Below the pieces are notes generated by a model that saw nothing but the letters and a program-made list of their open reading frames with translations, searched no databases and was not told the origin of the DNA. The translations under genes were made by a program, and so were the position numbers. This document shows, piece after piece, positions 41,971 to 51,652 of a stretch of DNA of 64,000 nucleotides. The DNA lies in contig JAFRER010000016.1 in assembly GCA_017434755.1 (NCBI GenBank), positions 86,391 through 150,390 of the forward strand, written 5' to 3'. This DNA is from Oscillospiraceae bacterium (GTDB taxonomy: Bacteria; Bacillota; Clostridia; Oscillospirales; Oscillospiraceae). Position 1 is the stretch's first letter, and each line of letters starts with the position of its first letter.

Positions 41971-42996
41971 TTACCATTTGTTCTCGACTTTTTCGGCGAA
42001 GCCGGGCAGATCCCGGACCACGAGAATGGTACCGTCGTCCAGCACGGCTTTTCCGCTGAAGCGGCCGAACACCTGATGTTGATCGGACTTGATGAGCTTC
42101 AGGTCCGTGCAGGATGCTCTGTCCATGACGGGGACGAAATCCATCTCGAAGCGGTCGTCATCCGAGGTGAAGGTCCAGGGGGACAGGAAGTCCTTCTCGT
42201 CTCCGGGGATGTTGAAACGGACCTGCGAGAGTTTGTGGGCCTTTCCGTCGTAAAAGAGCATGTTTTCCGTGGCGGCGGACGTGTCCCCAAAGCCGTAGCC
42301 GATGTTCCAGCCGAAGGGGACACCGTCGATGTGATACGAGGCGGAGCCCCAGTACCAGGTGTTGTGATAGGTCCAGACGCCGCGGCCCCAGTCGAGCACG
42401 GCGAAGCTCTCATCCGGAGAGAAGACGTATTCCTTCCCGCCGTACCGGACGGTGCCGGACGCCCTCATGCAGTTGATCTTCTGATTGAAGTAGAAGCGGC
42501 CTTCTTTTTCAAAGGGCGTGCAGATGACCATACTCTCGGGCGGCTCGCCGCTAAGGGTGACATCGGCGTCAATACCGCCTTCTGGCCCGAACTTCTCCAT
42601 CTTTGCCCGGAGGCGCCGCGTCCCGGTGCCGGGATTTTCGAAAATGAGCTCATAGCCCTTGCCGGCATGCCGGGTATCGCCCTTGAGCGATGTCTCGGGA
42701 AGACCGATCTTTCCGAGAGGCAGGAGGCTCATGGGGCTCTGGGTGATGTTCATCCCGCTTTCGAAATCGAGAAGGGAGATCGAATCAAGGCCCATGTAGC
42801 CGTTGTCGTCTATGGTGAGCGCGAGGGCGAATCTGCCGTTGTTGACAAGGTAGTAGTCCCACTCCTTGATCCGCATGGGGGAGGCCTTTACGGCGGCTCT
42901 GGAATAGACGGGGAGCATGCTTTTCGCATAACCCGGTTCCGCGATATTTCCTTTTCCGTCGAGCAGGGGACTGGGCGAAGTGATCTCGTGCTGCAT
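41971..42996 (-). CDS. DUF2804 domain protein
   Basis: The pattern ...IKEWDYY.V......ALALTIDDNGY.. is recalled as DUF2804. 341 aa. Confidence 0.65.
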   Translation of the reverse strand: MQHEITSPSPLLDGKGNIAEPGYAKSMLPVYSRAAVKASPMRIKEWDYYLVNNGRFALALTIDDNGYMGLDSISLLDFESGMNITQSPMSLLPLGKIGLPETSLKGDTRHAGKGYELIFENPGTGTRRLRAKMEKFGPEGGIDADVTLSGEPPESMVICTPFEKEGRFYFNQKINCMRASGTVRYGGKEYVFSPDESFAVLDWGRGVWTYHNTWYWGSASYHIDGVPFGWNIGYGFGDTSAATENMLFYDGKAHKLSQVRFNIPGDEKDFLSPWTFTSDDDRFEMDFVPVMDRASCTDLKLIKSDQHQVFGRFSGKAVLDDGTILVVRDLPGFAEKVENKW

Positions 42997-43009
42997 CAGA
43001 AAACTCCTT

Positions 43010-44008
43010 TCAGCGGCTCTTCTTCAGAAGGCGGATGTCGCTCCCGCAGAAGGGGAGGATCTTGAACTCACCGAGTATCCGCGAACAGATCTGCGGGCTG
43101 TATTTTTTTGCCAGCTCCTCATTGGAGCAGTTCGTGCTGATGATGATCGGTCTCCGGCTGATCAGTCTCGTATTGATCAGCGTGTACAGCGCGCTGACCG
43201 TCAGAGAGGTTACCATCTCGGTACCGAGGTCGTCCAGGATCATCAGATCGCAGTCGAGCATCCGGCTGACTTTTGCGGCGGATCTCTCGGACTCCTCCGG
43301 ATCCCGGGAGAATTTCTGCTTCTCAAACGCCTCGAAGGCGAAGGCGGCGCTGTCGTAGCAGACGCTGTATCCCTTTTCGGCGACGACCTTCGCGATGCAG
43401 GCGGACAGATAGGTCTTCCCGAGTCCGGTCCCGCCGCGCAGAAGAAGATTCGGCACATCCTTCGGAAAATCCTCGGCAAAGCTCCTGCAGCGATCCAGGA
43501 CCAGACGCATCACATCCCGCGGGGAGGCGGAGAGTGTAAAATCGTACTCGGCGGGATAAAAACTGAGGTCAAAATTGGCAAAGTCCTCGTTTCCGTCCAG
43601 CATGATGGGGCTGAGCTCCGCCGTCAGGAGCCGGTTATAGATCTTCTGCAGGCAGCTGCAGGGTTTTCCCTCAAAGACGCCGCTGTCATGGCACTTTTCA
43701 CAGCTGTAGATATCGTCGAGGTAATCCATGGGGAATCCCGCTTCCGTCAGCATCTCGGCGCGTCTGGCCTGGAGCTCGAGATTCTCCTCTTCGATCTCCC
43801 GGATCCTCTGCATCATATCGGGACGGCGGGCTACGGTGACCCGGACCAGTTCCGTCATCTGGGAACGAAGCCTCGCGTCAAGAAGACCCAGCTGCTCCAC
43901 TTTGGAATAAGCCAGCTGTTCGCGCAGGCTGTGTTCCTTCTCGTTTTCCTGCCTTATGCGTTCGAGTTCGGCTCTCGCATCGGCAAGCAGTCTGCCGTTA
44001 TAGGACAT
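43010..44008 (-). CDS. DnaI/DnaC-like AAA+ helicase loader
   Basis: Zn motif CEKCHDSG...CSC. Walker A GGTGLGKTYL, Walker B LMILDDLG. Confidence 0.85.
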   Translation of the reverse strand: MSYNGRLLADARAELERIRQENEKEHSLREQLAYSKVEQLGLLDARLRSQMTELVRVTVARRPDMMQRIREIEEENLELQARRAEMLTEAGFPMDYLDDIYSCEKCHDSGVFEGKPCSCLQKIYNRLLTAELSPIMLDGNEDFANFDLSFYPAEYDFTLSASPRDVMRLVLDRCRSFAEDFPKDVPNLLLRGGTGLGKTYLSACIAKVVAEKGYSVCYDSAAFAFEAFEKQKFSRDPEESERSAAKVSRMLDCDLMILDDLGTEMVTSLTVSALYTLINTRLISRRPIIISTNCSNEELAKKYSPQICSRILGEFKILPFCGSDIRLLKKSR

Positions 44009-44014
44009 GTGTCA

Positions 44015-44938
44015 TCATCCTCTGCTGTCAGAATCATTCAGAAAAACGGAAATATCATCCTTGTTCACACCGGTGTTTTTTGCGGGCTGCTTTCCGTGCG
44101 TTTTGGGGCTGTCCTTTTCAAGAATGGCCTTGATCGTGTGCAGTCCCGCGGCGTGCCATTTCCGGAGGATGGCATCCATGTATTTCCAGCTCAGGCCTCC
44201 GGTGTTGGTAAATGTCCGGTCATATGCCTCGGCGACGGCTTCATTGTCAAAACCCATGCCGATCCAGGATTCGATGTTCCGGAGCGGCGTGGCCGTGATG
44301 CGCGAGGCGTCCAGTTTCAATACCGCGGCGATCTCCGCAGTCCTGGTCCGGAGCTGTTTCTGCTCATGCATGTGTTTCTCCGCGGCATCAAGGGTCAATA
44401 TCCCCTCCGCAGCCCACCGGGAAGCTTCGTTGTAAATGTCCCTGACCGGCAGCCTTCTCGACGCGCCGAAGCGCTCACGGGACAGTTCCGAACAGTAGTT
44501 GACGAGTTCCATCATCACTTCGGCGGGCATCCCGAGCCAGTCATATATCCGGAGAAGCGTCGCGATATCGGTGGTGGAGAGAGGGTGGCCGAGTATTCTC
44601 GCCGTCTCTTCCACGACGGGTTTGAAATCACCGCCTGATGCCAGGATCGTTTTAACGTCCTGCGCATTGTACTGCGGCGGCTTTTCGGCCTCAGGGGCAG
44701 GTCTGCTCTCGACCGGCCCAGCTGCCGGAGAGGCGAAAGCGAAAAGCCTGTCCAGTTTTTCCTTTGCCGCGGTTATTTCACCCGTGGTCATGCAAAGGTC
44801 ACGGGCGGCAGCTTCGGCGTCGAAACGGCCGTTCACGCTCTGCCAGATATAAAGCAGGGCGACGTTGCCGTCGTGCGCGGAAATGAGCCTGCGCGCGTCT
44901 TCGGGCGGTATGGAATTGCCTGCGATCAGTGCTGCCAT
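44015..44938 (-). CDS. DnaD-domain replication initiation/restart protein (Bacillus DnaB/DnaD-like)
   Basis: Repeated DnaD-like C-terminal motifs (..YDWLGMPAEVMMELVNYC.., ..ESWIGMGFDNEAVAEAY..). Positioned directly upstream of the loader. Confidence 0.75.
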   Translation of the reverse strand: MAALIAGNSIPPEDARRLISAHDGNVALLYIWQSVNGRFDAEAAARDLCMTTGEITAAKEKLDRLFAFASPAAGPVESRPAPEAEKPPQYNAQDVKTILASGGDFKPVVEETARILGHPLSTTDIATLLRIYDWLGMPAEVMMELVNYCSELSRERFGASRRLPVRDIYNEASRWAAEGILTLDAAEKHMHEQKQLRTRTAEIAAVLKLDASRITATPLRNIESWIGMGFDNEAVAEAYDRTFTNTGGLSWKYMDAILRKWHAAGLHTIKAILEKDSPKTHGKQPAKNTGVNKDDISVFLNDSDSRG

Positions 44939-45086
44939 GATAGCCTTGAGACCTCCGGGGGCGAGTCTTTCTGTCCGCTCATTATACCATCAAATTACTC
45001 TTGTAGCAATAGAGTACTGTGTGATATAATAGACTGTAATTGTGCGTCAATATGACATGCGCGATATCATTTGAATGGAGAAAGCG

Positions 45087-47171
45087 ATGCTTGAACTTCT
45101 TTCTCCCGCAGGATCGCCGGAAGCGGTCATCGCAGCCGTGCAGAACGGTGCGGATGCCGTTTATCTCGGACTGAGCGATTTCAATGCCCGCAAAGGGGCA
45201 CAGAACTTCTCAGATGAGGAGTTCCGCAAGGCAGTCCGCTACTGCAGGATCCGCGGGTGCAAAATATATGTTACGCTGAATACGCTGGTGAACGACAGGG
45301 AGTTTGCTCTGGCTGTCGAGACTGCCGGAAAGGTGAGCGAAGCCGGCGCGGATGCCGTGCTGGTACAGGATCTCGGATTGGCCGCCGCCATCCGGCAGGC
45401 TTATCCCGATCTGCCTGTGCATGCCAGCACCCAGATGAGCATCCACAATCTCGCGGGGGTCGAGGCCGCCGCGCAGATGGGCATTACCAGAGCTGTGCTG
45501 GCGAGAGAACTCTCCCTCGAGCAGATTGCCTTCATTTCGAAGCACGCCTCCATCGAGACGGAGGTGTTCGTACACGGGGCTCTCTGCTTCTGCCATTCCG
45601 GCCAGTGCTACATGTCCGCCCTGATCGGCAGACGCAGCGGCAACAGGGGCATGTGCGCCCAGCCCTGCAGGATGCAGTACAGCCTGGGCGGCAGAATGGA
45701 CGACTATCCCTTGTCTCTCAAGGACAACTGCCTCGTAGACAGACTGAAGGAGATCGAGGAAGCAGGCGTGGCCTGTGTGAAGATTGAAGGCCGCATGAAG
45801 AGGCCGGAGTATACCGGCATCGTTACCGGCATTTATGCGAAAGCCATCAAGGAAAGACGCCAGCCGTCCGCGGAGGAGATGCAGGATCTTGAGACCGCCT
45901 TTTCCAGGAGCGGATTCACACAGGGCTATCTCAGCGGCGACAAAGCCGATATGTTCGGCGTCAGGACCGAGCCGGACAAGGGGAGCGAGAAGCTTTTCAC
46001 CTCCGCAAGGAAGAAATACGGCAGCGGCGAGCTCAGAAGAGTCCCCGTCCACTTCTACACGGTGGCTGAGAAGGGGGAGAGCCTGAAAGCCATCGCTTTC
46101 GATAACGACGGCAACAAAGCCGTTGCGACTGGCCCGGTCCCGGAGCGCGCCAAGAACAGCGGGATCAGCAAGGATTATCTTATAGAACAGATGTACAAGA
46201 CCGGCGGCACGCCGTTTCTCTGCGTGGAGGATGTGGCAAAGGCTGACCCGGGTCTCTATGTTTCCGTTGCCGATATAAATGAGCTCCGGAGAAAGCTCCT
46301 GAATGAGCTGTCCGAAAAGAGGGCGGCGCCCCCCGAGAGGAGGAGCTTTGCCTGCCCGCCGCTCCCCGAGACCGTTCCGGTCTCCGGGGAACCTGTCACC
46401 ATTTTCCAGGTCAGAACCGCGGAGCAGCTTGCTCCGGAGCTTGCGGAACTCAGACCGGCGTATCTGTATGCGCCGGCCATAGAGCTCCTTCAAAATTTCG
46501 ATGCGGCGGAGCCTTTTCTGGAAAACGGGACCGTTCCCGTTGCCGTGCTCCCAAGAGTCATCACGGACGATCAGGCGGCAGAGATCGAGGAGACGCTGAA
46601 AACGCTTTCGAAAATGGGCGTGGAAGAGGCGCTTGTGGGCAATCTGGGCCATGTGTATCTTGCCAGGAGTGCGGGAATGAAGCTTCGCGGCGATTTCGGC
46701 CTGAACGCGTTCAATTCCTATTCCCTCGAGGTGCTGAAAGCGGCGGGATTTATTTCCGCCACGGCTTCCTTTGAATTGCGGATGTCCCAGATCAAGGATC
46801 TGAAAAAGCGGCTGGATACGGAGCTGATCGTATACGGCAGACTGCCGCTCATGGTATCGGACCAGTGCGTCATGCGGGAGAGCGCCGGAAGATGCACCTG
46901 CCAGGTGCCCGGTCAGCTTACCGACAGAATGGGATCTGTTTTCCCGGTCACAAAGGAATTCGGCTGCCGGAACATCATTTATAACGCGCACAAGCTATAT
47001 CTTGCCGATAAGATGGAAGATGTGCTCCAGACCGGCATCTGGGGCATGCGGCTGATGTTCACCACGGAGAGCCCGCTTGAATGCGCGGAGGTGGCGAAGT
47101 GCTATCTCGGGCTTTCAGACTACACGCCGAATGTGCTTACGAGAGGATTATACTACAGAGGAGTTGACTGA
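45087..47171 (+). CDS. U32-family protein, double length (about 694 aa)
   Basis: The start MLELLSPAGS..A.....GADAVYLG is typical of U32. Cys-rich segment ALCFCHSGQCYMS...CAQPCR. Start ATG 45087 has an RBS GGAG; ATG 45075 is less likely. Confidence 0.85.
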   Translation: MLELLSPAGSPEAVIAAVQNGADAVYLGLSDFNARKGAQNFSDEEFRKAVRYCRIRGCKIYVTLNTLVNDREFALAVETAGKVSEAGADAVLVQDLGLAAAIRQAYPDLPVHASTQMSIHNLAGVEAAAQMGITRAVLARELSLEQIAFISKHASIETEVFVHGALCFCHSGQCYMSALIGRRSGNRGMCAQPCRMQYSLGGRMDDYPLSLKDNCLVDRLKEIEEAGVACVKIEGRMKRPEYTGIVTGIYAKAIKERRQPSAEEMQDLETAFSRSGFTQGYLSGDKADMFGVRTEPDKGSEKLFTSARKKYGSGELRRVPVHFYTVAEKGESLKAIAFDNDGNKAVATGPVPERAKNSGISKDYLIEQMYKTGGTPFLCVEDVAKADPGLYVSVADINELRRKLLNELSEKRAAPPERRSFACPPLPETVPVSGEPVTIFQVRTAEQLAPELAELRPAYLYAPAIELLQNFDAAEPFLENGTVPVAVLPRVITDDQAAEIEETLKTLSKMGVEEALVGNLGHVYLARSAGMKLRGDFGLNAFNSYSLEVLKAAGFISATASFELRMSQIKDLKKRLDTELIVYGRLPLMVSDQCVMRESAGRCTCQVPGQLTDRMGSVFPVTKEFGCRNIIYNAHKLYLADKMEDVLQTGIWGMRLMFTTESPLECAEVAKCYLGLSDYTPNVLTRGLYYRGVD

Positions 47172-47172
47172 T

Positions 47173-47745
47173 TTGGCAACAGTACTCGCGTCTGCGTCTC
47201 CGAGAAGGAAAACGATCCTCGAGATGCTCGGCGTGAAGGATCTCAGAGTTGTCCCGGCAAGGGGGGACGAGGTCATCCCGGAAGATGCGGGACCTGCGGA
47301 GACGGTGAAATGCCTTTCCGCCGCAAAAGCTCTCGAGGTCGCAAAGAATTGTTCACAATCCGATGTTATAATAGCGGCCGACACCATCGTATGGCTCCAT
47401 GAACGGATACTGGGAAAGCCTTCGGACGCGGCGGAAGCGGCGGCTATGCTCGAAGAGCTCTCCGGGAACTTCCACGAGGTCTATACCGGGGTGACGGTCA
47501 TTCGGGGGGATACGGTCCTTTCGGACCATGAGGTCAGCAAGGTCTTTTTTAGACAGCTGACCGAAGAGGAGATCGCGGGCTATATCGGGACCGGCGAACC
47601 GATGGACAAAGCCGGCGCATACGGCGCCCAGGGAATCGGAGCTCTGTTCATAGAGAGGATCGAAGGGGATTTCTTCAACGTGATGGGGCTTCCGGTCTGC
47701 AGACTGGGAGAAATGCTGAAAAAACTGGGAGTACTGCTTCTGTGA
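47173..47745 (+). CDS. maf: Maf-like nucleoside triphosphate pyrophosphatase
   Basis: Motifs LASASPRR and DKAGAYGAQG. No in-frame ATG is available, so I infer a TTG start at 47173, right after the U32 stop. Confidence 0.8.
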   Translation: MATVLASASPRRKTILEMLGVKDLRVVPARGDEVIPEDAGPAETVKCLSAAKALEVAKNCSQSDVIIAADTIVWLHERILGKPSDAAEAAAMLEELSGNFHEVYTGVTVIRGDTVLSDHEVSKVFFRQLTEEEIAGYIGTGEPMDKAGAYGAQGIGALFIERIEGDFFNVMGLPVCRLGEMLKKLGVLLL

Positions 47746-48584
47746 AAGAATATCTGAAGAAAAACGGCATACGCATCGTGATCATAATTTTCGCAGTCAT
47801 CGTGATCATTCTGGTCAGTTCCGTCACCCGCGGAGGAAACGTCAGCTTCCTGCAGAACGCCACGGGCGTGCTCTCATCTCCGCTCCAGAAGGTCATCAGT
47901 TCCACGGTGAACTGGTTCGACACGATATACGGATATCTGTATAAATACGATTCGCTTATGGCCGAGAACGAGTCCCTGAGGGCGCAGCTGGCCGATGCGC
48001 AGCAGTCCGCCCGTGACGGCATCGAAGCCTCGGAGGAGAATGTAAGGCTCCGGGAGCTTCTGAATCTGCGGGATAAAAACTCCAGCTTCGTGCTCGAGTC
48101 GAGCAAGGTCGTGCTCTGGTCCGCATCGAACTGGTCCTCCTCCTTCACCATAAGCAAAGGCAGATCCAGCGGCATCGAGCTCGGAGACCCAGTCATAACG
48201 GAATACGGCGTGGTCGTCGGCCAGATCACCGAGCTCGGTGAGAACTGGGCCACGGTGAGTACGCTGATAGACGTCGACATGAGTGTCGGCGCGTTCATAG
48301 GGGAGACGGGCACCTCTGGAATGGTCGTGGGCGAATTCTCGCTCATGAAGAAAAAACAGGCGAAACTGACCTATCTTGCCGACGGGGCACAGATCTTCGC
48401 GGGCGACGACGTCCTCACCTCCGGACAGGGCGGAGCATTCCCGCAGGGACTGGTCATAGGGACCATCTCCGCCGTCCAGTCTGAGGCCGGAGGGCAGATC
48501 GAGTACGGTATCATTGAGCCCACCTGTGATTTCGATTCCCTCGTGCAGGTGTTCATCATAAAAGATTTCGAACTGGTGGAGTAA
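47742..48584 (+). CDS. mreC: Rod shape-determining protein MreC
   Basis: N-terminal TM helix, coiled coil (ENESLRAQLADAQQ), C-terminal beta domains. The GTG start overlaps the maf stop. Confidence 0.88.
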   Translation: MKEYLKKNGIRIVIIIFAVIVIILVSSVTRGGNVSFLQNATGVLSSPLQKVISSTVNWFDTIYGYLYKYDSLMAENESLRAQLADAQQSARDGIEASEENVRLRELLNLRDKNSSFVLESSKVVLWSASNWSSSFTISKGRSSGIELGDPVITEYGVVVGQITELGENWATVSTLIDVDMSVGAFIGETGTSGMVVGEFSLMKKKQAKLTYLADGAQIFAGDDVLTSGQGGAFPQGLVIGTISAVQSEAGGQIEYGIIEPTCDFDSLVQVFIIKDFELVE

Positions 48585-48587
48585 CGG

Positions 48588-49082
48588 GTGAAAGAGCTTT
48601 TAGCAAAGCTGAATATCAGAAAACTGCTGGGCTATGCGCTGTATATGCTCCTGGTGCTTGTTTTCCAGAACATGTTCCTCACGCATATCAGGCCGTTCGG
48701 CGTCAGCTGCATGTTTCTGCCTGCCGCCGTGGTGGCGGTGGGAATGTTCGAAGACCCGATCCCGGGAGCGGTCTTCGCCCTCATACTCGGGGTCTTTGCG
48801 GACATGGCTTTTGTCGAGAACGTGATACTGTTCACGGTGCTCTTCCCGGTGCTTTCATTTGCCACGGGTTTCGTGTGCAGATTCTTCATCAACCGAAGGT
48901 TCTTTGCCTTCATGTTTACAGCGATAGGAGCCCTTGCGGTCACGGCCGTCGTTCAGATGGTGAAGACCGCACTGGTGGATTCATGGTCTGTCTCCATGAT
49001 CCCTACCGTTGTGTTTCAGGTACTTTGGTCCATCCCGCCTGCGGCTGTCACCTATTTCGGACCGGCTAGATGGATAAAGTGA
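48588..49082 (+). CDS. mreD: Rod shape-determining protein MreD
   Basis: 164 aa polytopic membrane protein directly after mreC. GTG start with RBS GGTGGAG. Confidence 0.8.
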   Translation: MKELLAKLNIRKLLGYALYMLLVLVFQNMFLTHIRPFGVSCMFLPAAVVAVGMFEDPIPGAVFALILGVFADMAFVENVILFTVLFPVLSFATGFVCRFFINRRFFAFMFTAIGALAVTAVVQMVKTALVDSWSVSMIPTVVFQVLWSIPPAAVTYFGPARWIK

Positions 49083-49098
49083 TTCAGAAAGGCGCAGA

Positions 49099-51201
49099 AT
49101 GAACAAACTTGTAAATAAGCCCAGGCTCGCGGTGATGATCGCCATCCTTGTGATCCTGGTGATCGTATACATCGTATTCCTGTATCAGCTTCAAATCATC
49201 GAAGGGGAGGCGTACTACAACAGGAGCAACGAGATCACCACGGACAAAAAGTCGGTCACGGCTGCCCGCGGGAACATTCTTGACAGATACGGCCGTGTTC
49301 TCGCCACGAACAAAGAATGCTACAACCTCGAGATCGATACGACGAAGCTCTTTGACAGTGAGGATCCGAACGCGACTATTCTCGAACTTGTAGAGCTCGT
49401 CAGCCGCTATGGAGACACTTACACGGATGACCTGCCGATCACGGCGGCCCCTCCGTTTGAATATACGGATATGACGGACCTGCAGAAAACGATGCTGAAC
49501 GCCTATTTTGACGACAAGAAGCTCCCGAGAGACACCAGCGCCGTCGAACTGCTCAGTTACATGAGGGGCAGGTACAACATCGACAACAGCTATTCTTCCG
49601 AGGAGATGCGGATCATCGCCGGTGTGCGATACGGCATCAATGTCCGCTACGCCATCAACACCGATGACTATATCTTCGTGCAGGATGCGAGCATGGAGCT
49701 CATCACGTCCATCATGGAGAGCAAGCTGGTCGGCATCAACGTCACCAGAGCGTATGTGCGGGATGTGAAGACCGAGTACGCGGCGCATCTTCTCGGCTAT
49801 GTCGGACTGATGACCCAGGCGGAATATGAAAAGTACTCTCTGCTTGAATATGCGAACAACGCGTATGTCGGCAAGGACGGAATAGAATACGCATTTGAGA
49901 GTTATCTCCACGGCAAGGACGGGGAGGTAATGGAGACAAAGAACCCGGCGGGAACGGTTCTTGCCACGGTCTATACGGAGGAGCCGGTCCCCGGCAACCA
50001 TATTTATCTGACCATAGACATCACCCTGCAGGAGCAGGTGGAAAGGATCCTTCAGAACGGCGTCGCGGCCCTGATCAGGACCAGAGAGCAGAAAAAGGCG
50101 GAGCAGACCGCTTTCGGACTCTGGACCTTCAACGACGGCTACTGGGAGATCACGGGCGCCGCCTGCTGCGTGGTAGATGTCAAGACGGGAGAACCGCTTG
50201 CGATCGCCAGCTGGCCGACATATGACCCCTCCAACGTTATCGAAAACTACGGCGAACTGCTCAAGGCGGATAACAACCCGCTCTTCAACCGCGCGCTTCT
50301 CGGCGCATATGCTCCGGGCTCCGCTTTCAAACCGTGTACCGCGATAGCCTGCCTTTCCGAAGGCATCATAAACACGGAGAAAAAGATCAAATGCCAGGGT
50401 GTTTTCACACGCTACGCCGCCGCGGGATACGCGCCTGAATGCTGGATCTGGTCTTTCGGATATACCCATCCCGAACTCGATGTAACCCATGCACTTCTGC
50501 ACTCCTGCAACTATTTCTTCTATTCCATAGTCAATGACCTCGGCGTTACCAAACTCGGAGAATACGCCCATAATTTCGGACTCGGATCCCCGACGGGCAT
50601 TGAACTGATAGAGACTACGGGCAACATGTCCAATGAGGCGAACCACATGGACTATGCCGGTCAGGAATGGCGTATAGGTGATACGCTGCAGGCGGGCATC
50701 GGTCAGTCCGACTCCATCTTTTCACCCCTGCAGCTGGCCGAGTACTGTGCAACGGTGGCCAACGGCGGCACACGACACTCCGCGTCCATCCTGAAATCTG
50801 TCAGGACTTATGATTACGGTGAGAGCCTCTTCGAGCGTGAGCCCAAAGTCATGGCGGAGATCGAATCGGCAGACTATAACTGGTATGCCGTGCACGAGGG
50901 AATGAGACTTGTTGCCAACGACCTTGTGAACAACGAAGCGGTTGCGATAAACTTCTACGACTGTGCAAAGACGGTCGCGGCCAAGACGGGGACTGCCCAG
51001 AAGGGTGAAAACATAATCAACGACGCTATCTTCATATGCTATGTTCCCTATGATGATCCTCAGATCGCCATTGCGATGGTGGTAGAAAGAGGCGAGGCGG
51101 GAAGCAACTGCGCGTTCATGGCAAGACAGATAGTGGATGCGTATCTGATGATCAGCAGCTACAATGATGTCTCAGAGTCCGAGATGTCATTGCTCAAATA
51201 A
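49099..51201 (+). CDS. mrdA: Penicillin-binding protein 2 (elongasome transpeptidase)
   Basis: SAFK (SxxK), SCN (SxN) and KTGTA motifs, with an N-terminal TM anchor. Confidence 0.9.
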   Translation: MNKLVNKPRLAVMIAILVILVIVYIVFLYQLQIIEGEAYYNRSNEITTDKKSVTAARGNILDRYGRVLATNKECYNLEIDTTKLFDSEDPNATILELVELVSRYGDTYTDDLPITAAPPFEYTDMTDLQKTMLNAYFDDKKLPRDTSAVELLSYMRGRYNIDNSYSSEEMRIIAGVRYGINVRYAINTDDYIFVQDASMELITSIMESKLVGINVTRAYVRDVKTEYAAHLLGYVGLMTQAEYEKYSLLEYANNAYVGKDGIEYAFESYLHGKDGEVMETKNPAGTVLATVYTEEPVPGNHIYLTIDITLQEQVERILQNGVAALIRTREQKKAEQTAFGLWTFNDGYWEITGAACCVVDVKTGEPLAIASWPTYDPSNVIENYGELLKADNNPLFNRALLGAYAPGSAFKPCTAIACLSEGIINTEKKIKCQGVFTRYAAAGYAPECWIWSFGYTHPELDVTHALLHSCNYFFYSIVNDLGVTKLGEYAHNFGLGSPTGIELIETTGNMSNEANHMDYAGQEWRIGDTLQAGIGQSDSIFSPLQLAEYCATVANGGTRHSASILKSVRTYDYGESLFEREPKVMAEIESADYNWYAVHEGMRLVANDLVNNEAVAINFYDCAKTVAAKTGTAQKGENIINDAIFICYVPYDDPQIAIAMVVERGEAGSNCAFMARQIVDAYLMISSYNDVSESEMSLLK

Positions 51202-51232
51202 TCTGTAAAGGACCTGTTATACGGAGGTGCTT

Positions 51233-51637
51233 ATGAATATTGCTCTTATGGCGCATGACGGAAAAAAGGAACTGATGGTACAGTTCTGCATAGCCTACTG
51301 CGGCATCCTTGCCGACCATTCCCTGTGTGCTACGCATGTGACGGGAAAGCTCGTCAGCGAGGCCACAGGCCTGCCCGTAACGCTCTATCTCCACACGGAC
51401 CAGGGCGGCGCGCAGCAGATCGCATCCAGGATCTCCTATAACGAGATCGACCTTGTGATCTTCTTCTGCGACCCGGCCAATCCCGGAGGATTTGATGACA
51501 TCGCGAGGATAGAGCGCCTTTGCGATCAGTATCTCATACCCTTTGCCACCAACGCCGCCACGGCCGAGGTCCTCGTGCAGGGACTCAGGCGCGGCGATCT
51601 CGACTGGCGTAATATCGTCAATCCGCAGAGACGCTGA
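51233..51637 (+). CDS. mgsA: Methylglyoxal synthase
   Basis: MNIALMAHDGKKELM...TG... is typical of MgsA. RBS GGAGG lies 6 nt upstream of ATG 51233. Confidence 0.88.
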   Translation: MNIALMAHDGKKELMVQFCIAYCGILADHSLCATHVTGKLVSEATGLPVTLYLHTDQGGAQQIASRISYNEIDLVIFFCDPANPGGFDDIARIERLCDQYLIPFATNAATAEVLVQGLRRGDLDWRNIVNPQRR

Positions 51638-51652
51638 GAGGGGAAATACCGC

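Noticed and set aside
43010-44938. DnaD/DnaC-like pair as a sign of a prophage or plasmid replication module
   Set aside because: There are no integrase, repressor, terminase, capsid or relaxase genes nearby. The flanking genes are housekeeping. The pair matches the chromosomal dnaB(dnaD-like)-dnaI arrangement common in Firmicutes.
51638-51652. T-box leader upstream of hisS/aspS
   Set aside because: The mgsA-hisS spacer is only 15 nt and the hisS-aspS spacer 19 nt, so there is no space for a T-box.
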